From NCBI GenBank assembly GCA_001510135.1, contig LFER01000063.1, forward strand, positions 6,879 to 70,878: DNA of 64,000 nt. Reading direction: 5' to 3'. The notes beneath the pieces are model-generated. The model was not told the origin of the DNA. It saw only the letters and a program-made list of their open reading frames with translations, and ran no database searches. Each line of letters opens with the position of its first letter. Positions within the stretch are counted from its first letter, which is position 1. The DNA comes from Alphaproteobacteria bacterium casp-alpha6 (GTDB lineage Bacteria; Pseudomonadota; Alphaproteobacteria; Rhodobacterales; Rhodobacteraceae). The position numbers and the translations under genes were made by a program. Of this stretch, positions 8,191 to 18,098 are shown piece after piece.

Positions 8191-8700
8191 CTATTCGCAG
8201 GGCCATTTTCCAAAATTCCCAATGTCTGGGTGCCTGAGGACCGTCTCACCCTTAATGCCATAAACCCGCGCCAGACCCCCATTGATTTCAAGCACATATT
8301 TTACTGTTTTGCCACCAACTTTAGGGGTGAGATCATGAGGCTGTGCATTCTCGTGAATACCCGTCATCCTACCGGAAGCATCAAAAAACAGCATATCCAA
8401 AGGAATGAGCGTGTTTTTCATCCAAAAGGCGACCGGAGATTCATCTGGATATATAAACAACATACCACTGCGTTTGGGCATATGATCTACATGCATCAAG
8501 CCAAGCGCGCGGCTTTCCGGTGTTTGTGCAAGAGCCACATCAAAGCTCACCTGCCCCCAATCACCGCGCAAATCCACCCGATCGTTCTGGCAGGATTTGG
8601 CGAAGCTTTCACTCGCCGCTGTAACAGTCAGGATGCCAAAAGCCACCGCTAGAGCGAGGGTTGTCTGTTTCCAAGTTCCAAAGCGCTTTCCCATGGGCAT
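8191..8700 (-). CDS. DUF192 domain-containing protein (secreted)
   Basis: 169-aa ORF with a signal peptide (TTLALAVAFGILTVTAASESFA) and the DUF192 core ..GLMHV..MPKRSGMLFIY..FWMKNTLIPLDMLFFD... Confidence 0.8.
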   Translation of the reverse strand: MPMGKRFGTWKQTTLALAVAFGILTVTAASESFAKSCQNDRVDLRGDWGQVSFDVALAQTPESRALGLMHVDHMPKRSGMLFIYPDESPVAFWMKNTLIPLDMLFFDASGRMTGIHENAQPHDLTPKVGGKTVKYVLEINGGLARVYGIKGETVLRHPDIGNFGKWPCE

Positions 8701-9275
8701 ATTTCCGCGGCCATTTGTCCGCGCTTTCCACCCAAAACGCGCATCGCAACCGCCTCCCCCGCTCTTAAATCAGCAAGACCTGAACGACGCAAGACATCAA
8801 TGTGAACAAAAATATCCTCATCGCTGCCATAAGTATTTGCAAAACCGAATCCTTTTGCAATATCAAACCATTTGATCCTCGCCGGTTTCAGAGGAAGCGC
8901 CCGAATTTCTTCAATTTCAATATCTTCAAAGTCTGACAATCGAGATTGTTCAACGATCCCCGTTTCTATGGAAATTATCTTATGCGCCTGCAGACCTTTG
9001 TCTGTATTTTGTAATAAAAATACGATTTTTGCATTTCCGGCGACGGAGTTTTGACCATATCTCCTCAGCACATTTGCGTGCAAAAGTACGTCCTCTTGAG
9101 TAACCTCTGAGACGATAAATCCAAAACCTTTGATAGGATCAAACCACTTTACGTGACCTGAAACTTCTTTTTCCTCGTCAATTCCCACTCGGGGCCCCAC
9201 TTCCCAAATAATACCTGTAAGATCACCATTATTATACTTTCGGATGGGAAAACAAGAAAAATACCGTGATTTCAT
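8649..9275 (-). CDS. cold-shock domain protein with two CSDs
   Basis: 208-aa ORF containing two cold-shock domain signatures: GHVKWFDPIKGFGFIVS and ARIKWFDIAKGFGFANT. Confidence 0.88.
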   Translation of the reverse strand: MKSRYFSCFPIRKYNNGDLTGIIWEVGPRVGIDEEKEVSGHVKWFDPIKGFGFIVSEVTQEDVLLHANVLRRYGQNSVAGNAKIVFLLQNTDKGLQAHKIISIETGIVEQSRLSDFEDIEIEEIRALPLKPARIKWFDIAKGFGFANTYGSDEDIFVHIDVLRRSGLADLRAGEAVAMRVLGGKRGQMAAEICPWESALELGNRQPSL

Positions 9276-9334
9276 GGATTATATCCCTCAAAATATAGAG
9301 GCCATCGAAACTGACGTCACGGCTTCTTTTCAAT

Positions 9335-9955
9335 TTATGGGCTTAGACGTGTAATGGACCAACTGTCCTCCCCGATGGCGCGAGTCCAGCGGAATCTGTC
9401 GTGCAAGCGATAGTCTCCACCCGCCCAAAATTCCATTTCGACGGGTTTTATTCGAAATCCACCCCAATAGGGCGGTCTTGGCGGCGCATCTGCAAATTTT
9501 TCTTTGAAAAACTCAACTTGATCCATCAAATCCTGACGAGATGCCAGCGGCTGTGACTGGGCAGAGGCCCAAGCGCCCAGCCGACTTTGCAAATGGCGGC
9601 TCTCGTAATAGGCGTCCGCCAGAGCGCCCTGTTCTTTTTCGACGCTTCCTCTGACACGCACCTGTCTATAAAGAGACTTCCAGTAGAGAACAAACGCAGC
9701 CTTACCGCTTTCGATCAGCTCCCTACCTTTTTTGCTTTCATAGTTTGTATAAAAAACAAACGAGTCTTTTTCGATGCTTTTCAGGAGGACAATGCGCACG
9801 TTGGGAAGACCATCTGCGTCAACGCTGGCAAGCGATATTGCATTTGCATCACTTGGTTCAACGGCTTCGGCTTCGCGCAGCCAAGAGCGACAAAGTTCAA
9901 ATGGGTCCTCTCCTGCAAAAATACCACTTCGCTCACTCATAAAAAATGCTCCCAA
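9335..9955 (-). CDS. pdxH: pyridoxamine 5'-phosphate oxidase
   Basis: 206-aa ORF. ..[18 protein letters not shown].., ..[12 protein letters not shown].., ..[14 protein letters not shown].. and C-terminal ..RLSP are the PdxH hallmarks. Start may be the second Met (9940). Confidence 0.92.
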   Translation of the reverse strand: MGAFFMSERSGIFAGEDPFELCRSWLREAEAVEPSDANAISLASVDADGLPNVRIVLLKSIEKDSFVFYTNYESKKGRELIESGKAAFVLYWKSLYRQVRVRGSVEKEQGALADAYYESRHLQSRLGAWASAQSQPLASRQDLMDQVEFFKEKFADAPPRPPYWGGFRIKPVEMEFWAGGDYRLHDRFRWTRAIGEDSWSITRLSP

Positions 9956-10058
9956 TAGACAACGGGTCTGACGCGTTTAAATTTCACTCTCGCTTGCTCT
10001 TGATGCAAACGACTCAATCGCATAAACGACACCAAAGAACCTAGTTGGAGGGGATCTC

Positions 10059-10883
10059 ATGTCAATCAACCTGATGCAAGGAAAGCGTGGCCTTATTATG
10101 GGGTGCGCCAATGATAAATCAATTGCATGGGGCATTGCCAAGGCCTGTTCAGAGGCCGGCGCTGAATTGTGTTTTTCCTATCAGGGCGAAGCTCTGAAAA
10201 AACGCGTTGGACCTCTTGCAGCACAACTTGGCAGCGATTTTCTTATAGAATGTGACGTGAGACAGGGTGAAGAGATCGACGCTTTATTTGATCAGATCGA
10301 AGCGCGGTGGGGAAAAATAGACTTTGTGGTCCATGCAATCGGATTTTCGGACAAATCGGAATTACGTGGACGCTATATTGAAACGAGTTATGATAATTTT
10401 GCGATGACGATGGACATCTCGGTCTATTCGTTCACTGCTGTCTGCCGGAGAGCCGAAAAGCTCATGACTGACGGTGGATCACTTCTGACCATGACCTACT
10501 ACGGCGCGGAACAGGTTATGCCGCATTACAATGTTATGGGTGTTGCCAAAGCCGCGCTTGAGGCCTCTGTCATGTATCTTGCCGAAGATCTTGGTAAGGA
10601 CAATATCCGCGTGAACGCAATCTCGGCAGGCCCGATAAAAACGCTGGCAGCCTCTGGAATTGGTGATTTCAGATATATTCTGAAATGGAATGAGCTAAAC
10701 TCCCCACTTCGGCGCAATGTAACAATCGAAGACGTTGGAAAATCGGCCCTTTATCTTGTTTCTGATTTGGGCTCAGGTGTGACGGGAGAAGTTCTTCATG
10801 TCGACGCGGGATATCACGTGGTGGGTATGAAGGCTGTGGATGCACCTGACATCGACGTTGTCACCGGGAGGAAAGACGCATGA
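10059..10883 (+). CDS. fabI: enoyl-ACP reductase (NADH), FabI
   Basis: 274-aa [23 protein letters not shown] nucleotide-binding N-terminus and ..[12 protein letters not shown].. (Tyr/Lys catalytic pair), typical of FabI. Confidence 0.92.
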   Translation: MSINLMQGKRGLIMGCANDKSIAWGIAKACSEAGAELCFSYQGEALKKRVGPLAAQLGSDFLIECDVRQGEEIDALFDQIEARWGKIDFVVHAIGFSDKSELRGRYIETSYDNFAMTMDISVYSFTAVCRRAEKLMTDGGSLLTMTYYGAEQVMPHYNVMGVAKAALEASVMYLAEDLGKDNIRVNAISAGPIKTLAASGIGDFRYILKWNELNSPLRRNVTIEDVGKSALYLVSDLGSGVTGEVLHVDAGYHVVGMKAVDAPDIDVVTGRKDA

Positions 10884-11383
10884 GCACACAGCTGCCCCAC
10901 GAAAAAGGATTTCATGTCAGCTGGGATCAGCTGCATAGGGATGCCCGAGCTTTGGCATGGCGACTTGACGGGCAAGGCCCCGATAATGGGGCATGGCGCG
11001 CCGTTGTGGCCATTACAAGAGGGGGTATGGCACCGGCAATGATCATTGCGCGGGAACTTGATATTCGGGTCGTCGATACGATCAGTGTAAAATCTTACAA
11101 TTATCAGGCCCAATCGGAACCAAAAATCATAAAAATGCCAGACGCCTCAGTGGTTCAGGACGGAACAGGCATTTTGATCATTGACGATCTTGTGGATACT
11201 GGAAAAACGCTCGAGGTTGTGCGTAAATCAATGCCTAATGCTCATGTTGCCACGATCTATGCGAAACCCATGGGACGCGCGCAAGTTGACACATTTATAA
11301 CGGAAGTCAGCCAAGATACGTGGATCTTTTTCCCTTGGGACATGGCTTTGCAGTATGTTGAACCCTATCGGGGGTCCGATTAA
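10880..11383 (+). CDS. gpt: xanthine-guanine phosphoribosyltransferase
   Basis: 167-aa ORF. ..[14 protein letters not shown].., PRPP loop [13 protein letters not shown] and ..WIFFPWD.. as in Gpt. ATGA-coupled to fabI. Confidence 0.88.
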   Translation: MSTQLPHEKGFHVSWDQLHRDARALAWRLDGQGPDNGAWRAVVAITRGGMAPAMIIARELDIRVVDTISVKSYNYQAQSEPKIIKMPDASVVQDGTGILIIDDLVDTGKTLEVVRKSMPNAHVATIYAKPMGRAQVDTFITEVSQDTWIFFPWDMALQYVEPYRGSD

Positions 11384-11411
11384 CACTCATGAATGAAAGG
11401 CCTCTTGTGAC

Positions 11412-12611
11412 ATGACAAGTCGAGCCTCACGCGCATCCCCTGCCCCAATTAAGGCGGCGCATGATTGGATGGCAGGCATGCGGTTTTCACCGGACAGGCC
11501 GTTGATTGATGTCTCACAGGCGGCCCCTTCGGATGCGCCTCCCGAGGCGCTTCGAACAGCGATAGCCGACTATGTTCTGCATGAAAAAGAAGCGCATCTT
11601 TACGGCCCAATCTTGGGGATGTTGCGCCTGAGACGCGCCATGGCAACGCATTGCAGCCAAATTTATCAAACAACGCTTGCTGAAGAAAACATCGCCATCA
11701 CATCTGGATGTAATCAAGCCTTCTGCGCAACCATCAGCGCCCTGAGTGAGGAAGGCGACGAAGTCATTCTTGCGACACCCTGGTATTTTAATCACAAAAT
11801 GTGGTTGGACATGATGGGCGTTCATACGCGTCCGCTGGCCTGCGGTTCAGATATGATGCCTGATCCGGAACAGGCCGAAAGGCTTATCACACCCAAAACC
11901 CGTGCGATTTGTCTGGTCTCTCCGAATAATCCTGCAGGAGTTGCCTATCCAGATGCGCTGTTGCACGCATTTTTCGATCTTGCCCAAACACATGGTATCG
12001 TGCTGATCCTAGATGAGACCTATAAAGATTTTCATCCCGACCCAACACATCCCCATAGTCTGTGTCAGAGAGAAAACGCTCATGACACTTTGGTCCAACT
12101 TTTTTCTTTCTCAAAGAGCTTTCGCTTAACAGGTCATCGCGTGGGGGCTATCGTAACAGCATCAAAGCGCCTTCAAGATGTCGAAAAATTCCTCGATACG
12201 GTGACGATATGCCCCTCGCAAGTGGGCCAATATGGCGCTTATTGGGGGCTTTTGCATTTGTCAGACTGGCTTGACGGCCAACGAAAAGAAATGTCAAAGC
12301 GGCGGGCATTTTTAGAGGATCGTTTTTCTCTCCTCTCTGATCAGGGATGGAAACTTCTAGGGGTGGGTGGATATTTTGCTTATGTCGAACATCCCTTCGA
12401 GCTTTCATCGGATAAAATTGCCGAAATGATTTTGAGGGACTCTAGCATCCTTTGTCTTCCCGGAACAATGTTTGCACCACCCGAAATGGTATCAGCGACA
12501 CGCCAACTTCGTATCGCATTTGCCAATATCGGGTGCGAAGAGCTCGAAATATTGATCCAAAGGCTTCACAAATTCAGCTTGGCGCTTGCCTCCACTCACG
12601 CAGACAAGTAG
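11412..12611 (+). CDS. PLP-dependent aminotransferase (class I/II)
   Basis: 399-aa ORF. ..SPNNPAGV.. and the PLP-lysine motif SFSKSFRLTGHRVG. Confidence 0.85.
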   Translation: MTSRASRASPAPIKAAHDWMAGMRFSPDRPLIDVSQAAPSDAPPEALRTAIADYVLHEKEAHLYGPILGMLRLRRAMATHCSQIYQTTLAEENIAITSGCNQAFCATISALSEEGDEVILATPWYFNHKMWLDMMGVHTRPLACGSDMMPDPEQAERLITPKTRAICLVSPNNPAGVAYPDALLHAFFDLAQTHGIVLILDETYKDFHPDPTHPHSLCQRENAHDTLVQLFSFSKSFRLTGHRVGAIVTASKRLQDVEKFLDTVTICPSQVGQYGAYWGLLHLSDWLDGQRKEMSKRRAFLEDRFSLLSDQGWKLLGVGGYFAYVEHPFELSSDKIAEMILRDSSILCLPGTMFAPPEMVSATRQLRIAFANIGCEELEILIQRLHKFSLALASTHADK

Positions 12612-12645
12612 ACACAAGCGCAACTCAAACCTTTCAGGGACTGTC

Positions 12646-14493
12646 ATGGCACGTTCAACTAACACTTTGTCTAAAACATTTGTCTGGATTTTGTTGGCTT
12701 TTTTGATCGTCGGGCTTGCAGGGTTTGGCGCCATAAATTTTGGTGGGCGCATGAATTCGGTCGGTACTGTGGGCGACAAAGAGATCAGCGTAAATGACTA
12801 TGCGCGCGCACTTCAAAATCAAATGAATGCAGCTTCGGCCCAATTCGGATCGCAAATTAGTTTTCAACAGGCACAGATGTTTGGCATTCAACAACAGGCT
12901 CTCAGCAGACTGGTCGTTGAAAAAACGCTTGAACATGAAGCTGACGGTCTGGGTATTTCTGCGGGCGATGAGACAGTACGCGACAAACTTATGACAATCC
13001 GCGCTTTTCAGGGCGTAGATGGCAGTTTTGATCGAACAGCATATACCTTTGCGCTTCAAAACGCGGGACTGAGCGAAACAGATTTTGAAAAACAGTTACG
13101 GGACGAGGCCGCCCGCGAATTGATACAACAGGCTATCGCAACCGGCGTGAAAATGCCCTCAGCTTTTGCCGACTATGCGATTAAATATATTCTCGAAGAG
13201 CGGGATATCGCGCTTCTAGAACTGGATGAAAGCGATCTGCCAACACCAATTGGCGAGCCCACGGAAGACCAACTAAAATCTTATTACGACGAAAACATTG
13301 ATCTCTTTTCTTTGCCGGAAAGTAAGTCAATCACCTATGTGATCCTAACACCAGATATGATGGTTGAAACGATACCCGTCGAAGACAGTGATTTGTTGGC
13401 ACTCTACGAAAAGAATATAGACACCTATAAAAAACCGGAACGTCGTTTGGTAGAGCGTTTGAACTTTCTGGACTATGAAGATGCGCAGCGCGCAGCGCAA
13501 AGGCTTCAGTCCGGTGAGGTCGATTTTGAAGGACTTGTATCAGAACGTGGATTGACGCTTGGCGACATAGATTTAGGCGATGTGACCCTTGAAGAACTGT
13601 CTGATGAGGGTGAAACGGTTTTCGCACTTTCTTCGGGTGAGATTACAGCCCCTTTTAAAACTGATCTGGGGGGTGCGATTTATCGGGTAAATGGAATCTT
13701 GAACGCCCAAGAAACACCATTTGATGAAGTTAAAGAAGACCTTAAGAGGGGCTTTAGTCTGGACCGTGCACAGCGGTTGATAGAAGCTGAACAAACACGA
13801 CTTGATGACTTGCTTGCAGCCGGTGCGACGCTTGAGGAATTGGCAAACGAAAGCGACATGCGCTTGGAAACAACCATTTATTATGACGGCGTTGAAAATG
13901 ACATTTCTGCATATGCTGCATTCCGTTCTGCCGCTGCTGGGCTGCAAGAAACAGATTTTCCGGCAATTATCAGATTGGCAGATGGCGGTATTCTTGCGAT
14001 GCGGCTTGAGGAAATTCTACCCACGCGGCCAGAAGATTTTATGCAAGTGAGGGATAACGTTCAGGAGCTGTGGCGAGACTCGGTCCTGCGCGATGCCCTT
14101 GACACCCTTGGAAAAGAGACATTTTCAAGGGCAGAGGCCGGTGAAAACCTCGTGGATCTTGGGTCAAAATTTAAGACACTGACTTCCTTGAAACGCAATG
14201 GCACCACATCAGATGCGTCACCCCTTGTGATTGCGCGCGCCTTTGAACTGGATAAAGGAACGTTTGGACAAGTTGACGGGGTTGATAGCGTATATGTAAT
14301 CCAGCTCTTAGGGATATCTGATGGTGACTCCACGACCGAAGAGGCACGGTCTATCGAAGATGCTTTTGCCAGCCAACTGGATCAAGGATTGGCGAGCGAC
14401 CTTTTTCAAATTTTTGTTTCACAAGTTCAACAGTCAGCGGGTGTGTCGCTGAATGAGCAGGCACTAAATGCGGTGCACACCAATTTTCAATAG
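12646..14493 (+). CDS. PpiD-like periplasmic chaperone / peptidylprolyl isomerase, membrane-anchored
   Basis: The track ORF starts at 12586, but Met-21 (ATG 12646) precedes the N-terminal anchor FVWILLAFLIVGLAGFGAINF and avoids overlap with the upstream gene. SurA-N-like region plus a parvulin-like segment (..GEITAPFKTDLGGAIYRV..). Confidence 0.8.
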   Translation: MARSTNTLSKTFVWILLAFLIVGLAGFGAINFGGRMNSVGTVGDKEISVNDYARALQNQMNAASAQFGSQISFQQAQMFGIQQQALSRLVVEKTLEHEADGLGISAGDETVRDKLMTIRAFQGVDGSFDRTAYTFALQNAGLSETDFEKQLRDEAARELIQQAIATGVKMPSAFADYAIKYILEERDIALLELDESDLPTPIGEPTEDQLKSYYDENIDLFSLPESKSITYVILTPDMMVETIPVEDSDLLALYEKNIDTYKKPERRLVERLNFLDYEDAQRAAQRLQSGEVDFEGLVSERGLTLGDIDLGDVTLEELSDEGETVFALSSGEITAPFKTDLGGAIYRVNGILNAQETPFDEVKEDLKRGFSLDRAQRLIEAEQTRLDDLLAAGATLEELANESDMRLETTIYYDGVENDISAYAAFRSAAAGLQETDFPAIIRLADGGILAMRLEEILPTRPEDFMQVRDNVQELWRDSVLRDALDTLGKETFSRAEAGENLVDLGSKFKTLTSLKRNGTTSDASPLVIARAFELDKGTFGQVDGVDSVYVIQLLGISDGDSTTEEARSIEDAFASQLDQGLASDLFQIFVSQVQQSAGVSLNEQALNAVHTNFQ

Positions 14494-14505
14494 ACCTAAA
14501 AAAAA

Positions 14506-16017
14506 ATGATTTTACCCGACTATCAAACATTTGAAACCCAATTCAAAGAAGGTTTCAATCAGGTTATTTATACCCGCCTTGCGGCGGATCTGGATACGCC
14601 TGTCTCTCTTTTGCTGAAATTAACGACTGCGAGCAAAGATGCATTCATTCTTGAATCTGTGACCGGTGGCGAAGTCAGGGGGCGGTATTCCATTATTGGA
14701 ATGAAACCGGATCTGGTTTGGAAATGTCACGGGAAGAAAAGCTACATCAATCGCTCTGCCCGCTTTGACGATGATGCCTTCGAAGAACAGAGTGTTCCTC
14801 CTTTGGACGCTTTTCGCGCTCTGCTCAAAGAAAGCCACATCGACTTGCCTGACGGGCTTCCGCAGGCCGCTGCAGGACTTTTCGGATATCATGGCTATGA
14901 CATGATCCGATTGGTGGAGCATTTACCCAATGTAAATCCGGATCCGTTGGGGCTTCCTGATGCATTGTTTTTGCGTCCCTCCGTGGTTGCTGTTCTGGAC
15001 GGAGTAAAGGGAGAAGTTATTTTGGTCGCACCCGTCTGGGTTACCGACCAAAGTTCACCTAAAGCAGCATATGCGCAAGCTGCTGAAAGTGTCATGGATG
15101 CCGTTCGAGACTTGGAACACCCTCTTTCTGATCCCCGTGATCTTGGATCCCCGTCAGCCATCGCTGATCCCGTTTCAAATTTTTCGAAAGAAGGCTATTT
15201 GGCCGCGGTTGAAAAAGCCAAGGAATACATTCGTGCCGGCGATATTTTTCAGGTCGTTCCGGCGCAACGCTGGACGCAAAAATTCAGACTTCCTCCGATC
15301 GCTCTTTATCGATCGTTACGGCGCACCAATCCGTCTCCATTCATGTTCTATTTCAATTTCGGTGGATTTCAGGTTATCGGGGCAAGTCCAGAAATACTGG
15401 TGCGCGTATTCGGGAATGAGATCACCATAAGACCGATCGCGGGAACCCGTCCACGGGGCGAAACCCATGAACAAGATTTGGCGTATGAAAAGGATTTGTT
15501 GGCAGACAAAAAAGAACTAGCAGAACATTTGATGTTGCTTGATCTTGGACGCAATGATGTTGGGCGGGTTGCCAAGATTGGCACAGTGCGCCCCACAGAA
15601 GAATTCATTATCGAACGTTACAGTCATGTGATGCATATCGTTTCAAATGTGGTGGGCGAACTTTCACCCGAGCATGACGCGCTTTCTGCATTTTTTGCCG
15701 GAATGCCGGCTGGAACAGTGTCAGGGGCGCCGAAAATTCGTGCAATGGAAATTATCGACGAACTTGAACCTGAAAAGCGCGGCATATACGGCGGTGGCGT
15801 CGGATATTTCAGCTCCGGCGGTGACATGGATATGTGCATTGCATTGCGCACTGCCATTGTGAAAGATGAAAAGCTCTACATTCAGGCCGGTGGCGGCGTG
15901 GTTTACGACAGTGATGCTGAAGCCGAATTTATGGAAACGGTCCACAAGTCAAACGCCATAAGACGCGCAGCCGCCGATGCCGGCATGTTTTCGGCAGGTG
16001 CTGGGCGCAACCGGTGA
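14506..16017 (+). CDS. trpE: anthranilate synthase component I
   Basis: 503-aa ORF. ..LLESV.GGE..GRYS.. N-terminal regulatory motif and C-terminal chorismate-binding core ..GTVSGAPKIRAMEIIDELE..RGIYGG.VGY... Confidence 0.93.
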   Translation: MILPDYQTFETQFKEGFNQVIYTRLAADLDTPVSLLLKLTTASKDAFILESVTGGEVRGRYSIIGMKPDLVWKCHGKKSYINRSARFDDDAFEEQSVPPLDAFRALLKESHIDLPDGLPQAAAGLFGYHGYDMIRLVEHLPNVNPDPLGLPDALFLRPSVVAVLDGVKGEVILVAPVWVTDQSSPKAAYAQAAESVMDAVRDLEHPLSDPRDLGSPSAIADPVSNFSKEGYLAAVEKAKEYIRAGDIFQVVPAQRWTQKFRLPPIALYRSLRRTNPSPFMFYFNFGGFQVIGASPEILVRVFGNEITIRPIAGTRPRGETHEQDLAYEKDLLADKKELAEHLMLLDLGRNDVGRVAKIGTVRPTEEFIIERYSHVMHIVSNVVGELSPEHDALSAFFAGMPAGTVSGAPKIRAMEIIDELEPEKRGIYGGGVGYFSSGGDMDMCIALRTAIVKDEKLYIQAGGGVVYDSDAEAEFMETVHKSNAIRRAAADAGMFSAGAGRNR

Positions 16018-16809
16018 ATGAAGATCGCAGAAGGAACATCTGTTCTTTATCCAATTCATCACTGAAGTACATGGTCTCGAATTTCGGTTTCTTGAAAATT
16101 GATACACGATTTTTTGTTTCAATGATCCGAGACGAAAAGGCCACTTTTCCGTCTTGCGATACAATCGACGCAGGTGGATCTTTGATATCTTTCTTTATGA
16201 CAATCATACTGTCATAAAAACTGATACTGCCGATTTCGCGCGCCAAAGGATCAAAGGGAAAATTCGGGTCATCTTCACGATACCAACTGTGCATCTTGTC
16301 AATCAGATCTTTTGCAAATTCGACAAAACTGTTCGGATTTTTATACCCGCCCTCAAAACCGGGCCAATAGCTGGTATGGGTGTCTTCGACTAGATAAATA
16401 CCCTTGTCATTCAAAGCAGGCCAGAGATGTTGAAAACTGGTGATTTGCTGGCTCATGAAGTGGCCGCCGTCGTCAACAATCAGGTCAAATGGTCCTTTTG
16501 ATTTTATAACTTTGTGCAAGAAATTCGTGTCTTCTTGGTTCCCGATCAATATTTCAACACCTTGGATCTCCAACGCTTTACAAGCCGGATCGATATCTAG
16601 AAAAGTCATCTTTGAGTTTTCTGAAAAAAATCGCGCCACATGTGCAAAGAGCCGCCTTTGAACACACCTATTTCCAGAAAGCTGACCGCTCTGCCCTGCC
16701 AATTCGCCAAAAGCTCGTCATAAATTTCAGGGTAATGTTTCATCTTATAAAGGCTTTTTTCATCCGTTTTTTGAAGAAACGATTGAAAATAATTTGAACC
16801 AACTTGCAT
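15929..16809 (-). pseudogene. class I SAM-dependent methyltransferase (CmcI/cephalosporin-hydroxylase-like), interrupted by a 1-nt frameshift
   Basis: Track ORFs 16606..16809 and 15929..16702 are consecutive pieces of one protein. Piece 1 ends ..VSFLEIGVFKGGSLHMWRDFF (SAM motif I). Piece 2 continues FFSENSKMTFLDIDPACKALE..FDLIVDDGGH..IYLVEDTH... The frames switch inside an A7 run (plus strand 16624-16630). The 3' tail runs 89 nt antisense into trpE. Confidence 0.7.
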
Positions 16810-17202
16810 TAAATATTCCGCTCCCTTGGGAAAGGGGTTTTTCTCTTCTGCTCAGATACCCACTTTCCTGTAAATTTTCTTATGTAACCTGTCTCCCCAC
16901 GTCTTCATGACAAAACGGCTCGCATCTGACTGAAGTACTAGTCTGCTTCTCTACCATATCTTTTTCTCTTTAGCAGTACTTATCATTCGAAAGAGCGCAC
17001 AAGCAAATAAGTATAAATCCAAGAAAATCTACCGGAAACTGGATTGAAATTTCAATTTATGCGACAAAATAAAAGTCACACCTTTTAAATGGCATAGATC
17101 AATTCCGATTGCCCTCTTCGGACAAGATGGACATCTATGCCAGTCTCACGACGTAACCTTGGAAACAGGCAGCTCTTACTTTTCGTCAATTTCCAAATGA
17201 TA

Positions 17203-17832
17203 TCAACTTGCTGCGCCTTGTATCTTGATTATGTTGCGTAAATTGACATCAAGAGCAGCGTATATTTTAGCTGCGATCGGGCTTGTTCCGATAGCGTCAT
17301 ATGTTGCTTCAATTTCAGCCATAGAAGGATACGTAACGCCCAACAGGAAATCCCCTGCATTGTTACCTGTCATAATACGGGCAAATCGAAACGCTTGCGC
17401 TCCATGTTCTGAAAACAACGGTGCTGCTTGGGCCATTAAATCCATTAAATCCTGTTGCGGAATATGCGATGTACCGCGGGTCAGGATGACATATTTTCTG
17501 TTCGGATTTGAAGGCGCGTCAAATGGTACGTCACAAAATTTTGCAATGTTACGCATGGTAACCTGTAGTCCAGTACCCATTATCTTTGCGTAGGTGCTTG
17601 ATGCCGCAAAAGCATCCATGATATTCGCAAAATCATCCAAAGAATTCAAAAACTGTTGAAACACAACGCTACCGGCATTGTTGCCCGTCATTATGGTCCC
17701 TATGCTTGCTCTCTCTGATCCGGCAGCCGTGGATTCTTTTGCAAGTTCTTTGCCCAAAGCAACAGCTTCTGAGAGCTTGCTCGCAGAGACCGCTCCTACA
17801 GTATTCACATAAAAATTCTCAGCCATTTTCAT
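17203..17832 (-). CDS. hypothetical protein, internal tandem duplication of a ~105-aa module
   Basis: 209-aa ORF with GGAGA SD-like sequence upstream. The two halves align with an offset of 106 residues, and IMTGNNAG occurs at aa 47-54 and 153-160. I recognise no family. Confidence 0.7.
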   Translation of the reverse strand: MKMAENFYVNTVGAVSASKLSEAVALGKELAKESTAAGSERASIGTIMTGNNAGSVVFQQFLNSLDDFANIMDAFAASSTYAKIMGTGLQVTMRNIAKFCDVPFDAPSNPNRKYVILTRGTSHIPQQDLMDLMAQAAPLFSEHGAQAFRFARIMTGNNAGDFLLGVTYPSMAEIEATYDAIGTSPIAAKIYAALDVNLRNIIKIQGAAS

Positions 17833-18098
17833 TTCTCCGATTGACCGACTGGGTTAATTCTAACGCACAAATTACAAAGAGCGCAAAATAATTATCATTT
17901 AAATTATTTTTGACATATTGGTTCTATACAAATGCACAAAAATTATGCGATCGTCTCAAAGAAGATGCGTCTGAAAAGCCCCGTTCAGCCATATCTTGAT
18001 TTTGGTCAAGTCAGACCCAAGCACACCGGCTTTGTCTCATATAAACCCTAAGCCTAATAATTCTTGGACATCCTCTGTGAAGGATGGAGGTAAATCGC

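Noticed and set aside
8110-8652. 180-aa plus-strand ORF
   Set aside because: Antisense to the DUF192 gene, which has a signal peptide and family motifs. No features support it.
12655-13059. 134-aa minus-strand ORF
   Set aside because: Antisense to the PpiD-like gene, with no SD or motif support.
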